Shown: positions 37,748 through 46,949 of the stretch, piece after piece | Numbering within the stretch: position 1 is the first letter of the stretch | Layout: each line of letters begins with the position of its first letter | IMG/VR virus record: IMGVR_UViG_3300009152_000003 | Location: 1-64,000 of that record | Origin: a virus | Length of the DNA: 64,000 bases | Direction: 5' to 3' (one strand) | Position numbers and translations under genes: made by a program | The notes under the pieces: generated by a model | The model's database searches: none | What the model saw: only the letters and a program-made list of their open reading frames with translations | Told to the model about the DNA's origin: nothing

Positions 37748-37806
37748 ATGCCTGTTGAGCGGGCGCCTGTCCTCTCTCATCCCGGCGAAAGCCGGGGCGT
37801 TTTGTC

Positions 37807-38127
37807 ATGACCGAATCCCGGCTCTATGACCTCTCCCAGCAACTCCGCCTGCTGGCACGCCGTGACTGCCATCTCTCAGCCCATGGCAGCCTTCTCAACG
37901 GCTCCGTCGACCGCAAGGTCGAGGACGCCCGCGAGGAACTCCTCGTTGCCCTGGAACTCATCCAGGACCGCCAAGCTCTAGACGTCCAGCACCTGGACGC
38001 CATCGACTACTGCCAGGCCCTTGCCTGGCGCAACCGCCATCAGATCCAGGCACTCCGCCGCCAGTCGGAGTTCGAGCAACGCCTGGAAGCGCAAGCTCCA
38101 CGGCCACTCCGCCTCGAGGCCGCCTGA
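37807..38127 (+). CDS. Hypothetical early protein
   Basis: 106 aa, C-ending codon bias. Confidence 0.65.
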   Translation: MTESRLYDLSQQLRLLARRDCHLSAHGSLLNGSVDRKVEDAREELLVALELIQDRQALDVQHLDAIDYCQALAWRNRHQIQALRRQSEFEQRLEAQAPRPLRLEAA

Positions 38128-38143
38128 CCCCCTCATACCGGGG

Positions 38144-38166
38144 TAGTGCCACATCTGGCACCCCCG
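38144..38166. repeat. 23-bp exact repeat, copy 2
   Basis: Identical to 36965-36987. Confidence 0.75.
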
Positions 38167-38247
38167 GTGTGCTTCATTACCGACCGCTCTAGCTGACAGT
38201 CCCTGCTACCCTCCCGCAATTCGCCCGGGCACTGCCCGGCTTACAAC

Positions 38248-38589
38248 ATGACACCCGCTTCCGCGGGGCGCCTCGCCGGCATTGCCTGGCGACACAGCGC
38301 CCCTGTCTTCTTCCTTGCCTGGGCTCTCGCCCGGGCACTCTTCGCCCTCTTCCTCCTGACCGGCGACGCCATTTGGCAGCGCCGTCAGAGCATCTTCCAG
38401 GGCATCCTGCACGCCCTGGTACACGCCTACGTGGCCGCTGAGGCCACCTACCACGCAGGCCGCCGCGTCAGGGCCCGCCTAGGCGCTCATGGCGCCCTCA
38501 GCGGTACCTCCGCTGCCCAGGCTCCCCAAGTCCTGCGCCTGGCGCTCCTGCGCTTCCTGGCGCGCCGCTACGGCTGGAGGCTGGCGTGA
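38248..38589 (+). CDS. Hypothetical membrane protein
   Basis: 113 aa; VFFLAWALARALFALFLL. Confidence 0.55.
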   Translation: MTPASAGRLAGIAWRHSAPVFFLAWALARALFALFLLTGDAIWQRRQSIFQGILHALVHAYVAAEATYHAGRRVRARLGAHGALSGTSAAQAPQVLRLALLRFLARRYGWRLA

Positions 38590-38780
38590 TCACCATCACC
38601 GCCCCCAACGGCCAACTGCTCGCCGACCAGCGCGGGCAGTTCTTTTACTCCCACAAGGGCCAGCTCGTCTCGGTTCCGCCGACCTCCTGTCGCTGGGACC
38701 TGGCCGACATGGCCCGCCTCTGGGGCGACATGTGCGCCGTCACTGGCAACCCATACGTCCTCTCCATCAGCCCTGGCTGA
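38586..38780 (+). CDS. Hypothetical protein
   Basis: 64 aa, GTGA overlap with the upstream stop. Confidence 0.55.
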   Translation: MITITAPNGQLLADQRGQFFYSHKGQLVSVPPTSCRWDLADMARLWGDMCAVTGNPYVLSISPG

Positions 38781-39282
38781 CACCTTCCCGTTGCCCCGTC
38801 TGACGCCTCCTACCCTTGGTGGCGTCATGAGACGGGGACTCGCTCTTGCTTGGCCTGCCCAGGCGAGAGCTTTCATCCTCCCCACCCCCATGGTCAAAAC
38901 CTTCTCCATCTTCATTTCCGGCGTCGTTGGCGTCGGCATGATTGCCGGCGCAATCGCCGACTACCGGGCCCTCCGTCTGGAGGCCCAGGCCGGGATCCCC
39001 GTCCCGGAATGCGCCAACATCAGCCTCCTTAGGCCCCCCTGCCGCTGACCTCTCGACCATCCATTGCAGCCGATCGCGGTCAATCAGCAGGTCGCCCCTG
39101 ACCCAGCTGATCACGCAGTTCGGTAACACCTGCTCCTCTGGCACCGGCGGCTGCCAGCTGTACCAGCTGTGCTTGCACCGGCGACACCTTCGCCAGCGAA
39201 TCCGACCGCCTTCTAGGTCGACCGCTGGACGACTGGTGACGCAACCAGCCAAGCCGTTGCACCGGGAGCACCTCACTGTCAC
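38767..39282 (-). CDS. NrdR-like zinc-ribbon protein (N-terminal ~75 aa credible)
   Basis: CSRC..RIRWRRCRRCKHSWYS; the C-terminal half looks like antisense shadow. Confidence 0.5.
   Translation of the reverse strand: MTVRCSRCNGLAGCVTSRPAVDLEGGRIRWRRCRRCKHSWYSWQPPVPEEQVLPNCVISWVRGDLLIDRDRLQWMVERSAAGGPKEADVGAFRDGDPGLGLQTEGPVVGDCAGNHADANDAGNEDGEGFDHGGGEDESSRLGRPSKSESPSHDATKGRRRQTGQREGVSQG
38890..39048 (+). CDS. Small membrane protein
   Basis: MVKTFSIFISGVVGVGMIAGAIA. Confidence 0.5.
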   Translation: MVKTFSIFISGVVGVGMIAGAIADYRALRLEAQAGIPVPECANISLLRPPCR

Positions 39283-39330
39283 GCTGCCTGACTGCCATAG
39301 CGGTCAGACAGTTTACCCCCCTCTCGCCTC

Positions 39331-39549
39331 ATGATTCTCGAAATCTTTTGCGGCCACGAGGCCTATGGCCCCGCCATGGGCAGCGCCAGATACCTCAGGC
39401 GCCTTGCCAGGGCCTTCCAGCGCGTTCACCCGCACGCTCGCGTTGTCCTCTCCCCAGAGGACGGCTACAGGCCCGCCCAGCTGGCCCTCTTGGCCGCCAT
39501 CGCCGATCAAGGCGAGCGCGACATGCGCGAGCTCATGGAGGCCCCATGA
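39331..39549 (+). CDS. Hypothetical protein
   Basis: 72 aa, pyrimidine-rich leader. Confidence 0.55.
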   Translation: MILEIFCGHEAYGPAMGSARYLRRLARAFQRVHPHARVVLSPEDGYRPAQLALLAAIADQGERDMRELMEAP

Positions 39550-39878
39550 CCACACAATCACTCTCCCTCCGCCTGGCGGACGACCTCGCCGCCAATCCCC
39601 TGACCTGGCCGGGGCTCTACCCCCGCTACGGCGTCACCAACGACGGTCAAGCGCTCTGCCCCGACTGCTGCCGGACGGAGCGCAAGTGGATCGCCACCAC
39701 CACCGGCTCTGACGGCTGGTGCCTCATCGACGTCTCCGTCGACTGGGGCGATAGCGACATCAGCTGCAGCCATTGCAGCAAGCCAATCCTCGAGGCCTGC
39801 CTTGAGGAACCCCAGGTCGGCACCGACGCGCCCACCGTTGAAGAACGCAACTCCCTCACCCTCGCCTACGCCCAATGA
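39546..39878 (+). CDS. Cys-rich hypothetical protein
   Basis: WPGLYP..DGQALCPDC..CSHC; ATGA coupling. Confidence 0.65.
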   Translation: MTTQSLSLRLADDLAANPLTWPGLYPRYGVTNDGQALCPDCCRTERKWIATTTGSDGWCLIDVSVDWGDSDISCSHCSKPILEACLEEPQVGTDAPTVEERNSLTLAYAQ

Positions 39879-40288
39879 ACCCTGCCATCAAGACCCAATG
39901 GGTCGCCGCCCTTCGCTCCGGTGAATACCAGCAAGGCAGAAACTTCCTTCGCACCGACGAGGGCTTCTGCTGCCTAGGGGTCCTCTGTGACCTGGCCGCC
40001 AAGGCCGGCATCGGTGTGTACTGGAGCAAGCCCGCCGCAGCACCCACTCTCGACGGCCGCGTCTACGACGACGTTCAAGCCTGCTGCGACTCAACTGGAA
40101 TCCTGCCTGCGGCCGTCATGTGCTGGGCTGATCTCGACACGGACTCTCCCGAGGTAACCGCTGTCAATGGCCTAAACATTGACGTGACCACCGACGGCGA
40201 TTCCAACGTAATCCCGCTGGCACGCCTCAACGACACGCATCTGTTTGATTTTTCCATCATCGCTGACCTCATTGAGGCTCAATTGTGA
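39875..40288 (+). CDS. Conserved phage hypothetical protein
   Basis: WVAALRSGEYQQG..FCCLGVLCDL..LARLND..FSIIADLIE, a widespread phage family pattern. Confidence 0.75.
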   Translation: MNPAIKTQWVAALRSGEYQQGRNFLRTDEGFCCLGVLCDLAAKAGIGVYWSKPAAAPTLDGRVYDDVQACCDSTGILPAAVMCWADLDTDSPEVTAVNGLNIDVTTDGDSNVIPLARLNDTHLFDFSIIADLIEAQL

Positions 40289-40560
40289 AGCAGATCTCCT
40301 ACACCGAACTTGCGTCTCACTTCCACCCCGAAGTGCACGACAGCCTCAAGCGCGTCGCCTGCCACCCAGGCGCTACGCACCTGGTCTTGTTCCAGAACCA
40401 GGCTCTTGATTCATCTGCCCACGGCCTCTGCTCTGCGTTGGCTGTGGGCCCCGGCTGCACCCGCGCCTCCCTCGAGGAGGCGTATGCCGGCCACCTGAAT
40501 GACCTGCCGTCCCAGCGGCAATATCCCATCGCCCATTGCGAGCTGCCCCATGCCGCATGA
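40285..40560 (+). CDS. Hypothetical protein
   Basis: 91 aa, GTGA coupling. Confidence 0.55.
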   Translation: MKQISYTELASHFHPEVHDSLKRVACHPGATHLVLFQNQALDSSAHGLCSALAVGPGCTRASLEEAYAGHLNDLPSQRQYPIAHCELPHAA

Positions 40561-40855
40561 CCCCCTCTGGTCCGGCTGGTTCGATGGCCGCACGGCCATT
40601 CGTGACCTGCTGGCTGACTGTATCAAAGACTGCTCGGCTCGCGAAAGCGACGTCAGCGAAGCTGTTGACCACTGGGTCAAGAAGCTCCAGCTCGAGGCCC
40701 CACCCTGGCTGCTGCGCGAGCACCTCCGCGGCACCGGGGGCTACGAGCCCTGGCAGCTCTGCGATCACCAGGCGAACCTGCGTCGCCTGCTCTTTTCCTG
40801 GGCCTGCGACTGCCGCGAGAGCGGTCTCAACCTTCCCATCTATCTCGCTCGATGA
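40550..40855 (+). CDS. Hypothetical protein
   Basis: Start MPHDPL; DHQANLRRLLFSWACD. Confidence 0.6.
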   Translation: MPHDPLWSGWFDGRTAIRDLLADCIKDCSARESDVSEAVDHWVKKLQLEAPPWLLREHLRGTGGYEPWQLCDHQANLRRLLFSWACDCRESGLNLPIYLAR

Positions 40856-41454
40856 CGGCCCGCTCTGCGCCTTTCCTCTGCACCAGCATCTTCACCTGCG
40901 GTGTCTGCCTGGCGGATCTCGTCGACCGCAACACCGCGGACCACTCCTTCTACCCCCAGGCCTGGATCCCTGGGCCCCACCCATCCCCTGCGGCGGTTGA
41001 GCTCCACGAGCTCCGCCGCTGGCAGACGCTTGCTAGCACACCATGAACTCCCCACTGCCGCGAGAGCGGCCTCAGCCTCTCACTCTCAAGGTAGAAGCCA
41101 CCGGCGCCACCGACGACGACTTGCTCATCGCTCTCGACGAAGTCAAGCGCCTCATCTCTGAAGGCTTCAGCTCAGGCTTCGGCTCCAACGAGAGCGGCTC
41201 TTTCAGCTTCGAATACAGCGACACCGCCTGGAGACAAACCAATGAATCTTGACTTCGACGCCGACCTCGGCGCCCCCGGGGCTCCGGCGTCCCGGCGCTT
41301 CGTGTTCATCACTCGAACAATCGGCCCCTCTGGCGGCCACGCCCTTGACGCTATTGCCGACGACGGCACTGCCTGGTACGCCGTGCTGCAGCGTGGCGCC
41401 GGCCTCAGCGTCTCGTCCTGGCAGCCGCACCCGCCTCTGCCGCCGATCAACTGA
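40852..41454 (+). CDS. Three coupled small hypothetical genes (40852-41046, 41043-41252, 41242-41454)
   Basis: Overlapping start/stop codons and consistent codon bias. Confidence 0.55.
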
Positions 41455-41668
41455 ACACCGGCTCGGCCACGCCTAATGACCGGGGGACAGCTTCCTCTTG
41501 GATGTCCGCCACCCGGCCAGCGCGGGCGCGCATCAGTTCTCTAACGCGCTCGCCCTCGGCGTTCCAGCCCATCGCAGGCAGCGCAAGGCCTCTCACTAGG
41601 GCCTCTTGCCATAGAGCTGCCTCGATCAACCCAGCCAGATCAATCTGGTCCCCCGCAAACCTCTCCAC
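41447..41668 (-). CDS. Hypothetical protein
   Basis: 73 aa, follows 41670..42161. Confidence 0.45.
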   Translation of the reverse strand: MERFAGDQIDLAGLIEAALWQEALVRGLALPAMGWNAEGERVRELMRARAGRVADIQEEAVPRSLGVAEPVFS

Positions 41669-41669
41669 A

Positions 41670-42161
41670 TCAGGCGAGCGGGCTGTTCTCTGTCCTCTCG
41701 CCTGTCGTCGAGCCCTCCTGCAAGAACCCCATCAACTGCAACAACTGCTGGGCGGGCGCTGTCAACAGCGCACCGCCACCCACGATCGCCGTCGGCAACA
41801 CGCCGCGACGGACGTAATCGTTCGTTGCGATCCCTTCGTTGATCATCTCCATCGTGCCGCGACCTGTCCAACCACCCTGCCCGCGACGCATGTCGGGGGC
41901 GTACTGGCTGGCAATCCTGGCGCGGCCCTTTTGATTGCCCAGGGCGCTCTCGATCCCCGCAACGGCATCAGCCGCCGGAGGAGCGAAGCCCCTGGTAATC
42001 CGCTCCATGATCTGCGAGCGGTACTTCCCTTCGGTATCGCCCTGGATCATCGCGGTGTTCCGCGCAATCCCAGCAGCCCTGTCCCCTGCTTGGCGCTTGG
42101 CTGCCTCCTCGGCAATCCAGGCGTCAAGCCCAGCAAGCTTGCCCTGAATCTGACCCCACAT
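41670..42161 (-). CDS. Late-type hypothetical protein inside the early block
   Basis: Start MWGQIQ with GAGGTG RBS and CTAGAAT -10 at 42184-42190; hydrophobic GVLPTAIVGGGALL. Confidence 0.6.
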   Translation of the reverse strand: MWGQIQGKLAGLDAWIAEEAAKRQAGDRAAGIARNTAMIQGDTEGKYRSQIMERITRGFAPPAADAVAGIESALGNQKGRARIASQYAPDMRRGQGGWTGRGTMEMINEGIATNDYVRRGVLPTAIVGGGALLTAPAQQLLQLMGFLQEGSTTGERTENSPLA

Positions 42162-42207
42162 GGATAGCACCTCGGATCGTTCGATTCTAGGTGGATCTTT
42201 GTGGGTC

Positions 42208-42222
42208 CACTCAGCAGTGCAC
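42208..42222 (+). promoter_or_regulatory. CACTCAGCAGTGCAC element, copy 5
   Basis: Exact 15-mer where + strand genes resume after an antisense island; next ATG at 42265. Confidence 0.8.
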
Positions 42223-42264
42223 ATGCCTGTTGAGCCCCTTTATCTCTCTGTTTGGAACAAGACC

Positions 42265-42666
42265 ATGCCCATCATCGCTTTTGGCCCCTTCGAAATCCGC
42301 CTCAACTCCGGCACCACCGGCGTCAACTGGACCGACACGGAGCTTGCCTTCGTGACCGGTCGTAACGGCGCCGGCTTCGCGACACGAGAAACCGCACTTC
42401 GCGCCGGCTTCAAGTCCGAGCACCTGCTCGAGCTCGCCGGTGAGGACGACACCAACGACACCAAGGTCGTCAACGGTGCCACCTACCACGGCAAGCGCAG
42501 CACTGGCTTCGACGGCAAGGACTACGTCCTCTCTGCTGAGCAAATCGCCGCACGCGCCGAGTACCGCAAAGCCATGCGCGAAAGCCAAAACCAGGCCAAA
42601 CGCGCCGCCGAGTTCGCCGCAGGCAGCGACCCCTCGATCACCGTCGAGGCCGCACCTGCGGGCTGA
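42265..42666 (+). CDS. Hypothetical early protein
   Basis: 133 aa, strong codon bias, followed by a terminator. Confidence 0.7.
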   Translation: MPIIAFGPFEIRLNSGTTGVNWTDTELAFVTGRNGAGFATRETALRAGFKSEHLLELAGEDDTNDTKVVNGATYHGKRSTGFDGKDYVLSAEQIAARAEYRKAMRESQNQAKRAAEFAAGSDPSITVEAAPAG

Positions 42667-42690
42667 TCCCTCAGGCCCTGCCACAATCAC

Positions 42691-42726
42691 AGCCTCGGCG
42701 TGCGTCCTGCATGCCGAGGCTTCTTT
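42691..42726 (+). terminator. Intrinsic terminator
   Basis: AGCCTCGGCGTGC/GCATGCCGAGGCT + TCTTT. Confidence 0.7.
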
Positions 42727-42744
42727 GTGACAACAGTGACCGCC

Positions 42745-42942
42745 ATGGCAAGCTATCGCACCAATGCCGTGCTACACGTCCATCGCCTGCGTGACTGGTC
42801 TGCCATCTTGCTTCGTCAAGCAAGGGCCAGTTTCGACGCCGGCGATGGCAGTCAGACGGCCGAGTCCGTCGCTGCCATCCGCGACCTCCACCGCTCGTTC
42901 CAGCAACGAGCCCAGCAAATCGACCAAACCCTTTCCCTATGA
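42745..42942 (+). CDS. Hypothetical protein
   Basis: 65 aa, ATGA coupling to the next gene. Confidence 0.5.
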   Translation: MASYRTNAVLHVHRLRDWSAILLRQARASFDAGDGSQTAESVAAIRDLHRSFQQRAQQIDQTLSL

Positions 42943-43634
42943 CCATCGCCCCCTCTAAACCCAAAACCCCTTCCCTCTTCCAGATCACCCTGGAAAGCCA
43001 GGAGATCGACGGCGAGCTTTCGATCGCCCTAGCCAAGGCCAGCTCCGAGGACCCCGAGGAGCAAGCCGAAGCCGAGGCTCTGATCACCAGCCTGCTCGAG
43101 CGGGCCAATGACAGCCAGCGCATGCTGCTTCGCAAGGCCAACGGCATCTGCCAGATCCGCGAGATGCTGCTCGGTAAGGCCGAGTTCCTCCGCAAGGGCG
43201 CAGCCGAGCGCATCGCCAAAGCCGAGGCCGAGGAACGCGCCGCCCAGCGCCTGGAGGACTACCTCCTGCGCTGCCTGCAAGCCCTCCACCCCGGACAAAC
43301 GAAGTTCGAACTGCCCGAGTTCACCATTGTTTCGCGTCCAAGCGAAGCCGTCGAAGTCGACACCAGCCTCGACGCTCCAGACATGCCCGAAGAGTTCACC
43401 CGAGTTGAACTCAAGCTCAAGCTTTCAGGCCACGGCAGCACCAGGGCCTGCGACATCGAGCGCCTACTGCGTGGACACCTTGAAGACATGCTCGATGGCT
43501 GCCCTCCCGGCACCTACGAGCTGGCCGAGCCCAAGGCTGCGCCCGACAAGACGGCCATCAAGGCCGCCATCAAGGAGGGCGCCACCGTCCCCGGCGCACA
43601 ACTGGTCAAGCGCCGCTCCTGGTCCATCAAGTGA
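42939..43634 (+). CDS. Siphovirus Gp157-family protein
   Basis: KANGI..LEDYL..PDKTAIKAAIKEGATVPGAQLV..WSIK. Confidence 0.85.
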   Translation: MTIAPSKPKTPSLFQITLESQEIDGELSIALAKASSEDPEEQAEAEALITSLLERANDSQRMLLRKANGICQIREMLLGKAEFLRKGAAERIAKAEAEERAAQRLEDYLLRCLQALHPGQTKFELPEFTIVSRPSEAVEVDTSLDAPDMPEEFTRVELKLKLSGHGSTRACDIERLLRGHLEDMLDGCPPGTYELAEPKAAPDKTAIKAAIKEGATVPGAQLVKRRSWSIK

Positions 43635-43738
43635 CCGTCAAGTTCCCAATCAAGTTCCCATCAGGCGTCTGCCAAGCATCACCAGGCGCCCAGCAAGTAC
43701 CCATCAAGTACTTGCTTTCTCGATACCTGCCAAGTATT
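43625..43738 (+). repeat. Degenerate ~11-bp periodic array (CAAGT core)
   Basis: catCAAGTgac, cgtCAAGTtcc, aatCAAGTtcc, catCAGGCgtc, tgcCAAGCatc, acCAGGCgcc, cagCAAGTacc, catCAAGTact, then tgcCAAGTatt. Confidence 0.6.
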
Positions 43739-43956
43739 CGTTTTCCGGGTACTCGCTTCCCCCGGCCCGACTTCCTGCGCGTGACCACGCCGTCGGGCCG
43801 GTTCCTGGTCACACCCAACAGCGGCAGAGCACGGCTGGCCCTCAACCAGCTGTGCGATCCCTCCCTGCCGCGTCTCGGTGACGCTCTGCTGCTCTCCCCT
43901 GAGCAGGCAGCTGGCGTCACCGCCTACCTCCAGTCCCTCTCCTTCTCTGTAAAGCC

Positions 43957-44586
43957 ATGGCAGTCCATACCATCACCTCGGCCCCCAGGCCCAGCTTCAG
44001 GCACAACGGTTACCACTTTGCCTACTACGACCGCGTTGCCCCCACCGGCAAGCAATGCGTGGTTGCCTTCCCAACCAGTCTCGCTGACACCATCAAGCCT
44101 GGCTTTCAGTTCGACGAAGCCACCAGTGTCCACTGGGACGACGCTCTCAAGGCGTCTGTCCTCCACTTGGACTTCGATGAGCGCGAAAGCCTGGCTGAGC
44201 CTTCGCTCCCTCCTGACCCTGAGTCCGGGTGGGGCGACATTGACTATCCCGCTCCCTCCCCTGCCGAAGTCGAGCTGACTTCCGGCAACAACCACGCAAC
44301 ACCTGCCGCCAATAGCCAGCCAGCCATGCGCGGCCCGGCTCACCGCAAATCGGAAGCTCAGAAGGCTATCGAGCAGGGGGCTCAGCTGCCCGCGGCCTAC
44401 CTCAAGATCAACTTGGAGGTCAGTCGCTCCTTCCTGCTCCAGCTGCGCCTGATTGGCAACGCCGTTGGCGAACACAATCGCGCAATGATTGCTCAGAAGC
44501 TCTGCGCTATTTCGTCCATTCCCTACTACAAACAAATCGGCGTCAACCTCACAGAAGAAGACGTCAACAGCATGACTGCCCTCTGA
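43957..44586 (+). CDS. Hypothetical protein
   Basis: 209 aa, codon bias. Confidence 0.6.
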   Translation: MAVHTITSAPRPSFRHNGYHFAYYDRVAPTGKQCVVAFPTSLADTIKPGFQFDEATSVHWDDALKASVLHLDFDERESLAEPSLPPDPESGWGDIDYPAPSPAEVELTSGNNHATPAANSQPAMRGPAHRKSEAQKAIEQGAQLPAAYLKINLEVSRSFLLQLRLIGNAVGEHNRAMIAQKLCAISSIPYYKQIGVNLTEEDVNSMTAL

Positions 44587-44616
44587 TACCGGCGAATGAG
44601 TGCGTTCTTGTGGGTG

Positions 44617-44631
44617 CACTCAGCAGTGCAC
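44617..44631 (+). promoter_or_regulatory. CACTCAGCAGTGCAC element, copy 6
   Basis: Exact 15-mer; here a perfect dyad GTGCACT-CAGC-AGTGCAC; next ATG at 44655. Confidence 0.8.
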
Positions 44632-44654
44632 ATTCCTTGTTCCTTGTTTTCGCT

Positions 44655-45251
44655 ATGGAAGCTCTCCTTGCTCCGCAAGACACCGCTCTTGCTCCTCTCC
44701 CCTCGTGGGCTGTTCCGGCCACGCCCGAGCGCAACTACACCACCGTCGGCATCTCTGCTGACGGCCTCCTCTACATCTACGGCGACAGCGCCTCATCGCC
44801 AGGTCCCATCCTGCCCAGCGTGCTTGGCGTCGTCGTCGACATCCAAATCAGCCAACACGGCGGTGCCAGCCGCTACGGAGTCCGAGACTACCTGGACCTC
44901 CACCTGGGCACCGCCATCCCTGGTGAGTTCGTCGTGCTGCGCTTGCCCTGTCAGGCAAAGCCGCACCTCGATACCAGCGAGCTACAGACCCCGTGGTCCG
45001 TACGCTCCCTCGTTGGCGCTCTCCTCCTGCTTGACTTGCAGGAGACAGCGATCAAACTGCAAACCAAGCGCGGGAACACCACCACGTTCTTCCGCGTCTT
45101 CCCCCACTCCGCCGAGGGGATCGAGCAACCCGAAGTCCGGGCCGAATCCATCGGACCGGCACAGGGCGACCTCGAGATCGCTGTTAACCGACTGCGCAGC
45201 CAGCTCGGTCTCCCTCCTCAATTCACCGAGCCCTTCGTTGATGTCACCTGA
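44655..45251 (+). CDS. Hypothetical protein
   Basis: 198 aa, start MEALLAP. Confidence 0.6.
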   Translation: MEALLAPQDTALAPLPSWAVPATPERNYTTVGISADGLLYIYGDSASSPGPILPSVLGVVVDIQISQHGGASRYGVRDYLDLHLGTAIPGEFVVLRLPCQAKPHLDTSELQTPWSVRSLVGALLLLDLQETAIKLQTKRGNTTTFFRVFPHSAEGIEQPEVRAESIGPAQGDLEIAVNRLRSQLGLPPQFTEPFVDVT

Positions 45252-45765
45252 CCCATCTGTACCGGACCAGATCTCCCAGGAATCCCTGCAACAGTTCCTG
45301 CTCAACGCCTCATCAGCAGGTGCCAGGGATCTGCCAATCGGAACCAAAGTTCCTCGGCTGCCGCTTAGCGACCCTGACTTTGGGGCCGCCGACTTGGTCG
45401 TCGCCTTGGAACAGCTCCTGGCAGCGGCGGGTGGAGCCAACTCGCTTCACCTCATGCACGCCAGCAGCTTCCTGCTGAGCGTTGTCGTCGCCGCTATGGA
45501 GCGACGCCTCGAAGATCCGGAGATTGCCGAAATCGGCGGGCTGGCCGGACTCGTCTTTCTGGCCACAACTCGAACGCTGATCAGGGGCATCGTCACCTGC
45601 ATCGGTCAGATCGATGACTTCATCGGTCCCCTCACCGTTGTCCACGCCGAGAGCATCGGCGGCGGCCCTGGCAGCCGCAAGGGGCTCGTCAGTGACGGCA
45701 CCCTTTCCGCCCTGGGTCTCGACATCGAGGACTACGACCGCGAGTTCAAGCGGCGCGTCCCCTGA
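45241..45765 (+). CDS. Hypothetical protein
   Basis: 174 aa, start MSPDPS. Confidence 0.55.
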   Translation: MSPDPSVPDQISQESLQQFLLNASSAGARDLPIGTKVPRLPLSDPDFGAADLVVALEQLLAAAGGANSLHLMHASSFLLSVVVAAMERRLEDPEIAEIGGLAGLVFLATTRTLIRGIVTCIGQIDDFIGPLTVVHAESIGGGPGSRKGLVSDGTLSALGLDIEDYDREFKRRVP

Positions 45766-45807
45766 CCTTCCCCACTCGCACCTCTCTCTTCATCCCCTTC
45801 TCACCCC

Positions 45808-46890
45808 ATGTCAAGCGAGTTCACTTCAGGCGTCTTTGCTTTCGGCACCAAAGCCTGGCACAACGAAGGCGATGTCATCGAAGGCACCCTGCCGGCTGAC
45901 GAGATGTTCCGCCGCGCCCAGGCCCTCTTCCCCGTCGAGACGCTCCAGCTCCACGCCGGCGACATTGACAGCCCTGCCCTGCACGACGCCATCGCCCGCG
46001 CTGCCGATCAGTCCTTCAGCTCACCAGAAGAGCGCGGCATCGCCATCCACCAGGCACTTCAGCAGCACCTGGTCTCGCTCAGGGAAAACCGTGTCGGCAT
46101 CTGGCGCCCCGACGAACGCAAGATTCTCGGCACCGCCAGCCCTGGCTACCGCGTCATCCCCAACGTCCGACTCCTCGACTTCGCCCAGGCCATCCGCGAA
46201 GAAACCGACATGGACGCCTGCGTCGTCCTGCGCAACGGCGCCAAGGTCGCCTTCACGGCCAAGATTCGGGGCACCGACCAGCAGGTCGTGCCCGGCGACA
46301 AGGTGTACCGCAACATCGTGGGCTACCTCGGTCATGACGGCTCGACCGCGTTTGGCGGCATGTTCTCAGACATCCGCGTTGTCTGCCGCAACACCCTTGG
46401 CTTTGCGATGAGCGATGCCAACCGCCACGGGCGGCAGTTCACTATCCGCCACACCGACAACGACGTCGCCCAGATCGACAACGTGCTTCAGAACATCGAC
46501 ATCGCCCGCCAGACCTTCGCTGCCGTCCTTGACGACTACCGCAGCATGCAGGCCACGCCGATGGGCCTCGACCTCTACCGCCACTGGCTGGAGCAGGTCT
46601 ACCAAGTCCCCGACGTCAAGCTCGTCGGCGGCGACACTCGCCCGGGCCGCATCGACGACATGCCCCGCAAGTGGGCGCAGCTTGAGCGTGCCTGGAACTA
46701 CGGCCTCGGCCGTGACATCCCCGGTGTTTCCGGCACCGTCTACGCCGGCCTCAACGCCGTCACCGAAGTCGAGACTTCGATGCTGACTGCCGGTGCCGGC
46801 AAGCGCCGCCTGCACTCGACCCTGTTCGGCACCGGTGCTGGCGTCATCCGCCGCGCCAACGAACTGGCGCGTGATCTGGTGACTGCCTGA
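45808..46890 (+). CDS. DUF932-family phage/plasmid protein
   Basis: KAWHNEG, GHDGS, IRVVCRNTL, IRHT, GTVYAGLNAVTE. Confidence 0.88.
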   Translation: MSSEFTSGVFAFGTKAWHNEGDVIEGTLPADEMFRRAQALFPVETLQLHAGDIDSPALHDAIARAADQSFSSPEERGIAIHQALQQHLVSLRENRVGIWRPDERKILGTASPGYRVIPNVRLLDFAQAIREETDMDACVVLRNGAKVAFTAKIRGTDQQVVPGDKVYRNIVGYLGHDGSTAFGGMFSDIRVVCRNTLGFAMSDANRHGRQFTIRHTDNDVAQIDNVLQNIDIARQTFAAVLDDYRSMQATPMGLDLYRHWLEQVYQVPDVKLVGGDTRPGRIDDMPRKWAQLERAWNYGLGRDIPGVSGTVYAGLNAVTEVETSMLTAGAGKRRLHSTLFGTGAGVIRRANELARDLVTA

Positions 46891-46949
46891 TCGATCTTCC
46901 TGCCCCTGCTGTTTGCGGGGGCTTCCTCTCTTTCCTCTCACCTCACTCC

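Noticed and set aside
43631-44278. 215-aa ORF as a full-length gene
   Set aside because: The N-terminus is the CAAGT array and the C-terminus overlaps 43957..44586 by about 320 nt; only the middle ~60 codons look coding
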